Source: Acidimicrobiia bacterium
GTDB taxonomy: Bacteria; Actinomycetota; Acidimicrobiia; Spongiisociales; ZC4RG35
DNA: 64,000 nt
Direction of reading: 5' to 3'
NCBI GenBank assembly: GCA_028285585.1
Contig: JANQOU010000002.1
Span: 203,263 to 267,262, forward strand
The notes beneath the pieces are model-generated. The model had not been told where the DNA came from. It saw only the letters and a program-made list of their open reading frames with translations, and ran no database searches. The position numbers were made by a program, and so were the translations under genes. Below are positions 1 to 8,549 of this stretch, piece after piece (positions within the stretch are counted from its first letter, which is position 1; each line of letters starts with the position of its first letter).

Positions 1-476
1 CCAACCTGGGCGTCGAGAATCTCGACGAAGTCTCCAACGAGACCATGGAGGCGGTCATCGCCGCCAACATCAACCACCCTCAGATCAACGGCATGAGGTT
101 GGCCCTGGCAGAGAGGTACTACCTGGCCGGGGACTACCAAGCCGCCTTCCCGCACTACCTGTCGGTGGCCGAATCCGCCAACGCCACCGACCTCGAATCG
201 GTGTCGGCCCTGGTCAGATTGGGTTGGATGGCGTGGGACGGCAATCAAGCAACCGAAGCGGCGCTGGGGATGTTCGATCAAGCTCTCGAGATCGCCCCGG
301 AGTCGACGACAGCGCTCTATCTGAAAGGACAGGTGTTGTGGTGTGGCAGCTCGGATCCAGAGGCGGCGACAGAGTTGTTCTCTGAGATCCTCGAGTCTGA
401 CGAGCTCCCCGACGACACCCGCCGGCTGATCGAAGCCGACCTGGCTGCCGCTTCGCAAGGATTGGCCTGCGCATGA
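1..476 (+). CDS. TPR-repeat protein, 5'-partial (the frame is open from the window edge). Possibly a cytochrome-c biogenesis CcmH/CycH-like TPR domain.
   Basis: The ORF at 45..476 continues without a stop back to position 3. The text has TPR-like helical repeats (YYLAGDYQAA, LYLKGQV). Its stop overlaps the start of the downstream TlpA-like gene as ATGA. Confidence 0.5.
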   Translation, partial: NLGVENLDEVSNETMEAVIAANINHPQINGMRLALAERYYLAGDYQAAFPHYLSVAESANATDLESVSALVRLGWMAWDGNQATEAALGMFDQALEIAPESTTALYLKGQVLWCGSSDPEAATELFSEILESDELPDDTRRLIEADLAAASQGLACA

Positions 477-1057
477 GAGGCCAGTGGTTGCGACGGTCAG
501 GCTTCGGCCTTGCGGCTGTGGCCGTTGTCTTCTCCGTGGTGCTCGCGTCGCGCTTTGGCGCCGACCCGGGGCTGGTCGAGTCTCCGCTGATCGGTCAGGC
601 TGCGCCCGAATTCACCCTCGATTCGCTGGACGGCAACGGCTCGGTGAGCCTCGTGGACATGCGCGGCCAGATCGTGGTGGTCAACTTCTTCGCCAGCTGG
701 TGTCCCGAGTGCCGCGCCGAGCACGCTGACCTCGTGGCGTCGTCCGACGCCTTCACTGACGGCGTGTCCTTCGTCCAGGTCTCCTATCAGGAGTCACCCG
801 AGACGTCCTGGAAGTGGCTGAATGAGGTCGGCACCTCATCGAACACCGCCTACCTGACCGATGATCGCAGCCGCACTGCCATCGCCTACGGCGTGTTTGG
901 GATTCCGGAGACCTTCTTCATCGACGCGAACGGCGTGGTGGTGGGAAAGATCATCGGGGAAGCCGATGCGCTGACTATCGGTGCGACCATCGACGCCATC
1001 AAACGAGGTGAATCACCTGGGCAGACCGTTGCCGGAGAGACTCGGCAGAGCCCCTAA
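473..1057 (+). CDS. TlpA/ResA/DsbE-family thiol:disulfide oxidoreductase, membrane anchored
   Basis: N-terminal TM segment. Redoxin core VVVNFFASWCPECRAE with the WCxxC motif, and a later YGVFGIPETFFID motif that matches the thioredoxin fold. Confidence 0.8.
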   Translation: MRGQWLRRSGFGLAAVAVVFSVVLASRFGADPGLVESPLIGQAAPEFTLDSLDGNGSVSLVDMRGQIVVVNFFASWCPECRAEHADLVASSDAFTDGVSFVQVSYQESPETSWKWLNEVGTSSNTAYLTDDRSRTAIAYGVFGIPETFFIDANGVVVGKIIGEADALTIGATIDAIKRGESPGQTVAGETRQSP

Positions 1058-2448
1058 GGCGAGATCAACTCCACGGAAACCTCCTCGAAGGTCACCGTCT
1101 CCAATGACGCAGGCCCAGTGCCGAGAAGGAAGACGTCGAAGAAGCCGAGCAGGTAGTTGTCGACTATCGGGATGATTCGCCCCGTCGCAATCGGGCCTTT
1201 CAGGCCCAAACTGGCCGCTAGCGGAGAGAACAGCGGTGTCACCACGAAGTCGTTGTGATGTGCCCCTTCGACTCCCAGCCAGTAGGTCACATCTTCGCTC
1301 CGGCCGGCAAGCCCGCGCAGAACCGCATCGTTCTCTGTGCCCCGCCACGGGTCCGACCTCATGTACAGCGACGGCCGGACCGGAGAGTTTCGGATGATCC
1401 GATCGGGCAACGGCTCCACCCAGGGATCGAGGCCAAGGACAGCATCACATCGCTCGTCGGTGAGGCACAGCTGGATGGCGGCGCCGCCACCGGTGGAGTG
1501 CCCGTACACACCGATCCGGGTCAAGTCGGCTCGTTCGGCAAGGATTCCGAACGGGCCATCTCTCCCCTGCTCCAACGAGCTGATGACATGCCCGAGGTCT
1601 GCCGCAAACACCGAGATCAACTCGGCAGCCGCGTTGCGGTACGCCTCCTCCCCCACTACCTCCTCGTCAGGGAGCGCGTTCTCGTCGTGAGTTATTACCT
1701 CACCGGAGGGGAACCGTGTTGCAACAGACCCGTAGGTGTGATCGGGTGCGACGACGATGTAGCCGTTGGACACCAGGTTCTCGATCTGGTTCACGGCAAT
1801 GGTGCGGAACCCAGTCCACCCATGGCTGTAGATGATGACTGGGAAGGTCCCGTCGATTATGGGAGCTTTGTCGTAGGTGTTGGACGTCGTGTACCGGGTG
1901 TGATTCAGGGTCCATGAGGGAAACCCGATGTTGGTAGCGGTGGCAGGGGCGACAACGTCCCAGTCCTGGCTCCACGGCAGTGGATCGTCATCTTCTGTCG
2001 GGTTGGCCGGATACCACACCTGCGCCATGTAGGTCCGGGGTGTGCCAGGGCTCGGCCCGTAAGCCTCCTGGCGGCTGGCGTCGATGAGCTGGAAAGAACG
2101 CGTTCCGATTGCCTCAGGCCCCGACGGCACCGGCATCACCGGCACAGGCAACAGGGCCGGAAGCAACACGAGAATGCCAACACCAGCCGACCCGGCGAAG
2201 GCCCTGGCGACGCGGTTGCCCCACTTCAGGTCCCTGTCGATGAAGAGGATGTCACCGACGGCCAGGCCGACAGCCAGCAGATAGAGCGGCACCATCTGCC
2301 AGCGATACCCTTCGATCTGGAGTTGCGCTATCAGCGTGACGATCAACGCGCCGGCCGCGATCCCTCGTCGAGGCCGCACCCCGAACGTAGCCGGCCAAAG
2401 CACCGCGAAGAGGATGGCGAAAGTGAGGGCCAGCTCGAACTGTCTCAA
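1054..2448 (-). CDS. Membrane-anchored alpha/beta-hydrolase (lipase/esterase, PAF-acetylhydrolase-like)
   Basis: The N-terminus has about 3 TM helices. The C-terminal domain carries GxSxG as GVYGHSTGGGAA plus YIVVAPDHTYGS. Confidence 0.6.
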   Translation of the reverse strand: MRQFELALTFAILFAVLWPATFGVRPRRGIAAGALIVTLIAQLQIEGYRWQMVPLYLLAVGLAVGDILFIDRDLKWGNRVARAFAGSAGVGILVLLPALLPVPVMPVPSGPEAIGTRSFQLIDASRQEAYGPSPGTPRTYMAQVWYPANPTEDDDPLPWSQDWDVVAPATATNIGFPSWTLNHTRYTTSNTYDKAPIIDGTFPVIIYSHGWTGFRTIAVNQIENLVSNGYIVVAPDHTYGSVATRFPSGEVITHDENALPDEEVVGEEAYRNAAAELISVFAADLGHVISSLEQGRDGPFGILAERADLTRIGVYGHSTGGGAAIQLCLTDERCDAVLGLDPWVEPLPDRIIRNSPVRPSLYMRSDPWRGTENDAVLRGLAGRSEDVTYWLGVEGAHHNDFVVTPLFSPLAASLGLKGPIATGRIIPIVDNYLLGFFDVFLLGTGPASLETVTFEEVSVELISP

Positions 2449-2477
2449 GACCTTGGGAGGTTAAGGCCGAGCTTCCT

Positions 2478-2882
2478 CTAGGTAGACCCGCTCCACGACC
2501 AATTGCCCGGGATTCTCGTCCCTTGGTGAAAAACCATCTGCCAGCGGCCCGCCCTGTGCACCCAGATTGAAGATCGCCGTGCCTCCTGACCTGCCTGTCC
2601 CACCGTTCGGTAGGTGACAAGCGCGGCGTTGTCGGCCAGGTCCCTGACGACGAAGTCCCGTATCAGGACCGCGGCGTGCTGCTCGTTGACCATCATGTCG
2701 ATGAGCATGTTCTTGTGATAGACCTTGCCTGAGCTGCCGAATTCAACGAAGTCGCTTCTCAGCAGCAGGTCGAGGCGATCTGGGTTCCCCCTGGTCTTTG
2801 GGTCGAGGATTTCCATCTCCAGCTTGTGGAGATCCTCATACCAAGGGTGTTCCCCGGTGGATACTTTGCGCAGTCGGTCCAA
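2478..2882 (-). CDS. NTF2-like / DUF4440 (SnoaL-like) small protein
   Basis: 134 aa. Motif pattern FVEFGSSGKVY...WVHRAGRWQMVFHQGT is typical of the DUF4440/NTF2 fold. Confidence 0.45.
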   Translation of the reverse strand: MDRLRKVSTGEHPWYEDLHKLEMEILDPKTRGNPDRLDLLLRSDFVEFGSSGKVYHKNMLIDMMVNEQHAAVLIRDFVVRDLADNAALVTYRTVGQAGQEARRSSIWVHRAGRWQMVFHQGTRIPGNWSWSGST

Positions 2883-2921
2883 GACTTCCCCCGTTCCGGG
2901 GACAGGATATGGGACGGAACC

Positions 2922-3527
2922 CTATCCGGCCAGCGCTATCAACTCGTTGAGCCAGGCTTCGATCTCGGCGGGATCCTGCATACCCGCCCATTCGGTGACC
3001 ACGGTCCGATCATGAGCGATGAGGACTGTGACCGGCTGATACGGCACTCCGTAGGCGGAGAAGACCTCTTCCTCCTCATCGAGCCCCCAGAAGATCTTCC
3101 CTGATTGCAACAGCTCGTTGCCTCGGGCAAACGTGGCCTCAGGTGTGCTCTTCCAAGCCGGTGCCACAAAATCGATCCGGTCCCCGTACTCGGCGGCCAG
3201 CTCGTCGATGACGGGCAACTCCCGTCGACATGTCGGTCACCACTCAGCCCAGAAGACCATGAAAACCGGCTTCGAGCCCTCCGAGAGGGTGTAGGTGCTC
3301 CCGTCGGCCAGACGAAGGTTGAAGTCGGGTGCCACCGGCCGATCCGACGTCGGCTCCGTGGTCTCGGTGACTCCCTCACCCGGCTGGGGTGACTCGCCAC
3401 CCGTCGTGCCGGGCACCGCCTCGGTGGCAGTAGGAGAAACGCCACCAGATGTGGTTGGAGCCGGCTCTTGCACGGCGGCGGCCGAGCAGGCGGCGACGAC
3501 GAGAAACAGGGGCAGTATGCGACGCAT
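2922..3527 (-). CDS. Thioredoxin-fold (TlpA/redoxin-like) lipoprotein with an in-frame UGA at 3237..3239 (minus). Probable selenocysteine in a U-P-T-C active site.
   Basis: ORFs 3237..3527 and 2922..3218 lie in the same frame. Across the TGA the translation reads ...KPVFMVFWAEW-[TGA]-PTCRRELPVIDELAAEYGDRIDFV...YGVPYQPVTVLIAHDRTVV. That is a continuous redoxin fold with TGA exactly at the first Cys of WCxxC. Lipoprotein signal peptide LFLVVAACS. Confidence 0.7.
3210..3226 (-). promoter_or_regulatory. SECIS-like stem-loop 11 nt downstream of the in-frame UGA
   Basis: The mRNA reads UGA CCGACAUGUC GACGGG AGUUG CCCGUC. It has a 6-bp perfect stem and a 5-nt G/U-containing apical loop that starts at +11. 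This matches the geometry of bacterial SECIS elements. Confidence 0.5.
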
Positions 3528-3626
3528 CGGAAGTCACGCTATCCGTGTCGCTGTTTACGCCAAGTAAATCGCGGCTCGACCTCGACGCGCAGGGATCCTT
3601 GGCAATGCCTGTACAATCCGCTCCCC

Positions 3627-4088
3627 GTGCCCAAGACGACGCTGTATTTCGCCTACGGAGCCCTTCTCGACCCGGATCGAATCGCCGAAGTCGCCCCTGG
3701 CGCCGAGTTCCGGTTCATAGCCCACTACCCGGAGACGAAACTCGGCTTCGTTCCCAACGGCACCGATGGAGCGACTCCGACTTTGGTGCGAGACCCCGGG
3801 CACACGGTGTGGGGTGGGGTGTTCGAAGTGCCCGGCGACCAGGTTCAGGCGCTGACGACCGCCGAGAAGGCTGAGGGCCGAGAGCCCGGCTTCGACCACA
3901 AAGCCGTGGACCGTGAGGGCAACAAATACGACTGCCTTGCCTTCGTGGCTCCAGGCGACGCCGACAGCGACCACCGCCCGGACAGCGACTACCTCGCCTC
4001 CATGGTCAAAGGGGCCCGCCACTGGAGCCTCCCCGCCGGCTGGGTGATGGGTCTCGAAGACCTAGAAGAAGACCCGCTCTTCTCCTGA
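3627..4088 (+). CDS. Gamma-glutamyl cyclotransferase-like (AIG2/GGCT family) protein
   Basis: TTLYFAYGALLDP matches the GGCT YFAYGSNL signature. The listed ATG at 3468 would overlap the divergent selenoprotein start. A GTG at 3627 is the more plausible start. Confidence 0.6.
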   Translation: MPKTTLYFAYGALLDPDRIAEVAPGAEFRFIAHYPETKLGFVPNGTDGATPTLVRDPGHTVWGGVFEVPGDQVQALTTAEKAEGREPGFDHKAVDREGNKYDCLAFVAPGDADSDHRPDSDYLASMVKGARHWSLPAGWVMGLEDLEEDPLFS

Positions 4089-4161
4089 AGAACGGGCCTC
4101 CTTGCTATAGCAACGGGTCGCGCTCAGCGCGACGCTGTGCACGCCAATCGAGACGTTTCTC

Positions 4162-4803
4162 CTACTCCTCTACCGGGAACAGCCGGTACAAGGCCCAGGC
4201 GAGCACGGCACCAATGAGTGGCGCGTAGATGTAGAGGGCAAGCTGGCCAACGTCGCCGCCGACGACGGCAGGCCCGAACGAGCGAGCCGGGTTGACCGAG
4301 GCACCAGAGAAGGGGATGCCGGCGAGATGGACACCGACGAGGGCCATCGCAATGGCTCCCGGTGCGGCGGTCCCACCACGCTTGACCGTCACCATGATCA
4401 TCCACACAAACACGGCTGTGAGCAGGATCTCCACGATCAGGGCTGTCGAGAAGTCGGCGTAGCCTGTGGCTGTCGAGGCGACCGCGTCGCGGCTGGAAGC
4501 GATCCAGATGACGACCGCAGCCACCGACGCACCGGCGAACTGACCAATCCAGTAACCGATCGCATCACTGAGGGAGATCTCCCCGTTGAGGAGGAAGCCC
4601 AGAGTCACGGCCGGGTTGTAGTGGGCGCCGGAGACATGGCCGAGAGCCCAAATGCCGATCAGCAGCGCCAACCCGAAGGCGAAGGCGATTGCGATGATCT
4701 GGGCGGCTCCACCCGCTCCTCCAACGGCAAGGATGCCGAGGGAGCCGAGCCCCACGAGTATGAAGGTGCCCAGCAGCTCTGCGAGCACTTTGTTGATGAT
4801 CAA
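4162..4803 (-). CDS. aqpZ: Aquaporin (MIP family channel)
   Basis: Two NPA boxes (HYNPAVT and SVNPARS) and six TM segments. Confidence 0.9.
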   Translation of the reverse strand: MIINKVLAELLGTFILVGLGSLGILAVGGAGGAAQIIAIAFAFGLALLIGIWALGHVSGAHYNPAVTLGFLLNGEISLSDAIGYWIGQFAGASVAAVVIWIASSRDAVASTATGYADFSTALIVEILLTAVFVWMIMVTVKRGGTAAPGAIAMALVGVHLAGIPFSGASVNPARSFGPAVVGGDVGQLALYIYAPLIGAVLAWALYRLFPVEE

Positions 4804-4882
4804 GGTGGTCTCCTCCTCTTGTTGTGAGTCCGAGTGTTCGACTCGGGCTCTGTGGCAAAGGTTTCCAACATGAGGCTATCCG

Positions 4883-5290
4883 TTGGATCGCCGACCTGGG
4901 ATCATCTTCCTCTTGCTTGCCGCACTCAATATTGGCGCCGTGCTGATCGGCGTTGCCGCCGGAGGGCTGATCGCCTCCGTCGTCGGGTTCATCCTCGGTG
5001 GTTTGCTTGCCATCGCCGGTGTTGACGGAGGAGCCGGCATCGGCTTGATCACCGGGGTGATCACAGGGTTGCTCGCCGGTGGATGGGTCTCGGGTCTGCG
5101 AGCCAGACACTCAGAGCGGTTTCACGGTGCTGTCACCGGCTTGGCGTTGGCCTTCGTGATCATGGTCATTGCGATACTCGGAGGGTCACCGGCACCGACG
5201 TCGCAGATACTGCTGTTGGCCGCCATCGCCACCGTGTTGGCCGGGACCGCCGGATGGCTGGCCGGTAGACGGAAGCGGCACCTTTCGTAG
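4883..5290 (+). CDS. Small Gly/Ala-rich integral membrane protein, hypothetical
   Basis: 135 aa with about 4 predicted TM helices. No recognisable motif. Confidence 0.35.
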   Translation: MDRRPGIIFLLLAALNIGAVLIGVAAGGLIASVVGFILGGLLAIAGVDGGAGIGLITGVITGLLAGGWVSGLRARHSERFHGAVTGLALAFVIMVIAILGGSPAPTSQILLLAAIATVLAGTAGWLAGRRKRHLS

Positions 5291-5299
5291 AATTGGGGT

Positions 5300-5660
5300 T
5301 GCGAGCCTGTCGGGCGACCGCTGCCTGTTGTTCTCAACACGCAGAGGAAAGTCCGGACTCCACAGGGCAGGGTGCTGGATAACTTCCAGGCGGGGCGACC
5401 CGACGGAAAGTGCAGCAGAGAGCAGACCGCCGATGGTGCCGATTCGCATCGACACACAGGCAAGGGTGAAAGGGTGGTGTAAGAGACCACCAGCGTCCCG
5501 GGTGACCGGGGCGGCTCGGCAAACCCCACCCGGAGCAAGGTGAACAGGGGCGTCGGCGGCCCGCCGGCCAAGTCCCGGGTAACTGCAAGAGCGCCCCGGC
5601 AACGAGGCGCCCAGATGGATGGTCGTCTTCAACAGAATCCGGCTTACAGACAGGCTCGCC
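5300..5660 (+). ncRNA. rnpB: RNase P RNA (bacterial type A)
   Basis: Universal motifs GAGGAAAGUCCGG (5351..), AGGGUGAAAGGGUGGUGUAAGAGACCACC and ACAGAAUCCGGCUUA. P1 pairing is gcgagcctgtc (5301..) with gacaggctcgc (5649..5659). Confidence 0.9.
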
Positions 5661-5730
5661 CCCTCCCCCCTCCCCCCTCTCCGCCAACCTCAGGCAATAC
5701 GGCCCAGATACGGTAAGAATCACCTCGAGA

Positions 5731-6147
5731 ATGCAGCCTGCAAGACCATGGGGACCCAGCGAAACCCCTTACCTCGAGATCGGTGGTGACGAACACGTCC
5801 GTGCGCTGTCCGACGCCTTCTACGACAGGATCGACTCCGAGTCGCCCGTGCTCAGAGCGATGCTCCCTCGCAACACGGTCAAGACCAGGGAGAAGTTCGC
5901 CATGTATCTCTCCGGATGGATGGGCGGCCCTCCCCTCTACGAGATGAAGTGGGGCCACCCTCGTCTCAAGATGCGTCACATGCCCTTCACCATCGGCGCA
6001 TACGAGGCCGACGAGTGGATGCGTTGCATGCGCCTGGCCATGAACGACATCGGCATCGAGGCCGATCTGAGAGCCTTTCTCGAAACCCGATTCTCCGAGT
6101 TGGCCCAGCACATGCGCAACGCCGAAACCGTCACACCTGACTCGTAA
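5731..6147 (+). CDS. glbO: Truncated haemoglobin, group II (trHbO)
   Basis: EIGGDEHVRALSDAFYDRI and GHPRLKMRHMPFTIG are the trHb signature motifs. Confidence 0.85.
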   Translation: MQPARPWGPSETPYLEIGGDEHVRALSDAFYDRIDSESPVLRAMLPRNTVKTREKFAMYLSGWMGGPPLYEMKWGHPRLKMRHMPFTIGAYEADEWMRCMRLAMNDIGIEADLRAFLETRFSELAQHMRNAETVTPDS

Positions 6148-6157
6148 CCTTCGAGAC

Positions 6158-6844
6158 ATGTGCGGACGCTTCTCGATCACGGGAGACCTCGACTTCTACA
6201 CCGAGTACTTCGGGGTCGACGAAGTGCTCACCGACGAGTTGGACAAGAGCTGGAACGTCGCTCCCACCGACCCTGTGTACGTGATCTCGGAGCGGGAAGA
6301 CAGTCGGCAGCTCACGTCGATGCGATGGGGCCTCGTCCCCCATTGGGCAACCGATACCAAGACGATCCATATCAACGCCAGATCCGAGACAGTGGCCACC
6401 ACTGCGGCTTTCCGCGACTCGTTCGCCCGCAAGCGCTGCCTGATCCCCGCAGACGGCTTCTATGAATGGGAGCCCCCGGACCAAGGACGAACCCCACACT
6501 GGGTGTACAGGGCCGACGGGTACCCGATGGTCTTCGCGGGCATTTGGGCGTCGCGCATAGACCCCGAAACCGAGACCTGGCATCGAACCTGCTCGATCAT
6601 CACGGCTTACGCCCAAGGGACGATCAGCAGGATCCACGATCGCATGCCAGTGGCGCTGGTGCCCGATGTCTGGGACGCCTGGCTCGACCGCGACCTGCGA
6701 GATCCCGAGGTGGCCTCGACTCTCCTCCAGCCGATAGACCCCGACTCGGTGATGGAGCACGCCGTCTCGCGCAAGGTGAACTCGGTCAGGAACAACGAGC
6801 CTGCGTTGCGTGACAAACTCAACGATCCCGAGACACTCTTCTGA
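6158..6844 (+). CDS. SOS-response-associated peptidase (SRAP/YedK/HMCES family), an abasic-site DNA-protein crosslink enzyme
   Basis: N-terminal MCGRF (catalytic Cys2), followed by WNVAPTD and MRWGLVPHWA. Confidence 0.9.
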   Translation: MCGRFSITGDLDFYTEYFGVDEVLTDELDKSWNVAPTDPVYVISEREDSRQLTSMRWGLVPHWATDTKTIHINARSETVATTAAFRDSFARKRCLIPADGFYEWEPPDQGRTPHWVYRADGYPMVFAGIWASRIDPETETWHRTCSIITAYAQGTISRIHDRMPVALVPDVWDAWLDRDLRDPEVASTLLQPIDPDSVMEHAVSRKVNSVRNNEPALRDKLNDPETLF

Positions 6845-6869
6845 CGACAGGCCGGGCCAGGAGTACGAT

Positions 6870-8531
6870 TTGGGCGCTCTGAGAGTCTTCTTCCTCACCA
6901 CCATGCTGCTGGCCGCGCTCGTCTTGACTGCGTGCTCCGACTTCTTGGGTGACACGCCAGCCGGAACCAACGGCTCTACAGACGATGCAACCACAACAAC
7001 AGGCAACGCCGACTGCCTTCGTCAGAGCGAAGCCACGACCGAGATCGACACGGGCACCAACTCGAGAGACGCCTTGGCTATTGCCGGCAAGCTGTTCGTC
7101 TGCGCCGAGCACGTCGTAGTTGTCGCCGAAGACGACCTCAACCAGGTTGCTGTGGCGGCACAACTGGCCGCCTCCCTAGGAGGCCCGCTGTTCTTCCCCG
7201 ACGATCGACTGCCTGCCGAGTTGGGACGTCTTCACCCGGAGCACATTCACGTGGTCGGCGAGTTGCAGATCACCACCCCACCCGAAAGTGAGCTGCTGAC
7301 CTTGACCATGGCCGAAGCCGTGCAAGCAGCAGCTGATGCGCTGGGCGTGATCCAGACGGTGACACTGCCGGCCACGCCGAGCGCCACATCGATCATCGAA
7401 GCCGTCGCAGCGATCAACGCCCGTGACCGTGTGATCACCGCCGAGACCGCCACCGGATCTCCCTCCATCGACATGCGCGCGCTGATCGATGGATTGAATC
7501 CTCCAGCGGAAGCTGCCGAGGTGTGGATCACCGACGCCTCGGATCCGACTGGTGTCCTGCTGTCAGCCGCCTCGGGCAGAGCTGTTGGAGCTGCCACCGT
7601 TGCCATGGACCCCGCCAACGCACTCGAAGATCAGACGATCGGTCAGATCCTTCGCTCGACAACCGCGGCCTCCCGGCTCATCGGCTTGTCCGAGATCGAC
7701 GACTGGGAGCTTGCCCTCCTCACCGGCGGCCCAGAACTGCCGGGTGGAGGCTTCCTCATCCTTCCCGACGCCCAAAGACGCTACGTCGCCTTCTACGGCC
7801 ATCCTGAGACGACCGCTCTCGGTGTCCTCGGCGAGCAGGATGGCGAGGCGACCATCGAGCGGATGCGGCCGTTCCTGGAGGAATATGCGGCCGACGGTGC
7901 TCTGGTGATCCCGACGTTCGAGATCATCGCCAGCGTGGCCAGCGCCGGAGCCGGGGACGACGGCAACTACAGCTTCGAGTGGCCTGCCGAGACCTTCAAT
8001 GACCTCTTCGAGGCAGCAGAGCGGCACGACGCATACATCCTGTTGGACCTTCAGCCTGGACGGGCCGACTTCCTGACCCAGGCCAAGTTCTACGAAGACC
8101 TGCTTCTGCGTCCCAACGTGGGCCTGGCGCTGGATCCGGAGTGGCGACTGAAGCCCGATCAGGTTCATCTGGAGCAGGTGGGCACCGTCACCGCAGCCGA
8201 AGTCAACACGGTCATCGAGTGGCTCGCCGACCTGATTCGGGACAACGAGCTGCCCCAGAAGATGCTTCTGCTCCACATGTTCCGCACATCGATGATCACC
8301 GACCGCGAGTTGCTGGTCGATCGGCCTGAGCTCCAAATCGTGATCCAGATGGATGGCGATGGGACCGAGCCTCAGAAGGACGCTACGTGGAGTCGGCTTC
8401 GCGAAGGGTTTGAAGACGCCTTCTGGGCTTGGGGTTGGAAAAACTTCTTCGATGAGGACGAGCCAGGCCCGCCCACTCCGCTGTCGACCATCTCTAAACA
8501 GCCGACACCCGTTTACGTCAGCTACCAGTAG
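6870..8531 (+). CDS. Secreted lipoprotein with cell-wall-binding-like repeats and a C-terminal TIM-barrel-like (GHL) domain, hypothetical
   Basis: Signal peptide plus lipobox (LLAALVLTACSD). The listed ATG at 6810 overlaps the SRAP gene, so an in-frame TTG at 6870 is proposed. Repeats of the form LAIAGKLFVCAEHVVVVAEDD. Confidence 0.4.
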   Translation: MGALRVFFLTTMLLAALVLTACSDFLGDTPAGTNGSTDDATTTTGNADCLRQSEATTEIDTGTNSRDALAIAGKLFVCAEHVVVVAEDDLNQVAVAAQLAASLGGPLFFPDDRLPAELGRLHPEHIHVVGELQITTPPESELLTLTMAEAVQAAADALGVIQTVTLPATPSATSIIEAVAAINARDRVITAETATGSPSIDMRALIDGLNPPAEAAEVWITDASDPTGVLLSAASGRAVGAATVAMDPANALEDQTIGQILRSTTAASRLIGLSEIDDWELALLTGGPELPGGGFLILPDAQRRYVAFYGHPETTALGVLGEQDGEATIERMRPFLEEYAADGALVIPTFEIIASVASAGAGDDGNYSFEWPAETFNDLFEAAERHDAYILLDLQPGRADFLTQAKFYEDLLLRPNVGLALDPEWRLKPDQVHLEQVGTVTAAEVNTVIEWLADLIRDNELPQKMLLLHMFRTSMITDRELLVDRPELQIVIQMDGDGTEPQKDATWSRLREGFEDAFWAWGWKNFFDEDEPGPPTPLSTISKQPTPVYVSYQ

Positions 8532-8549
8532 ACCTGCCAGTATCGGGGC

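Noticed and set aside
3237-3239. In-frame TGA read as a nonsense mutation or pseudogene of a thioredoxin-like gene
   Set aside because: The frame is perfectly preserved across the stop. The TGA replaces exactly the catalytic Cys of the WCxxC motif. A SECIS-like hairpin sits at the canonical distance. Left as a probable Sec codon, but see would_refute.
3468-3626. N-terminal 53 aa of the listed GGCT-like ORF starting at 3468
   Set aside because: It would overlap the divergent selenoprotein gene start by 60 nt and has no conserved content. The GGCT motif region begins right after an in-frame GTG at 3627.
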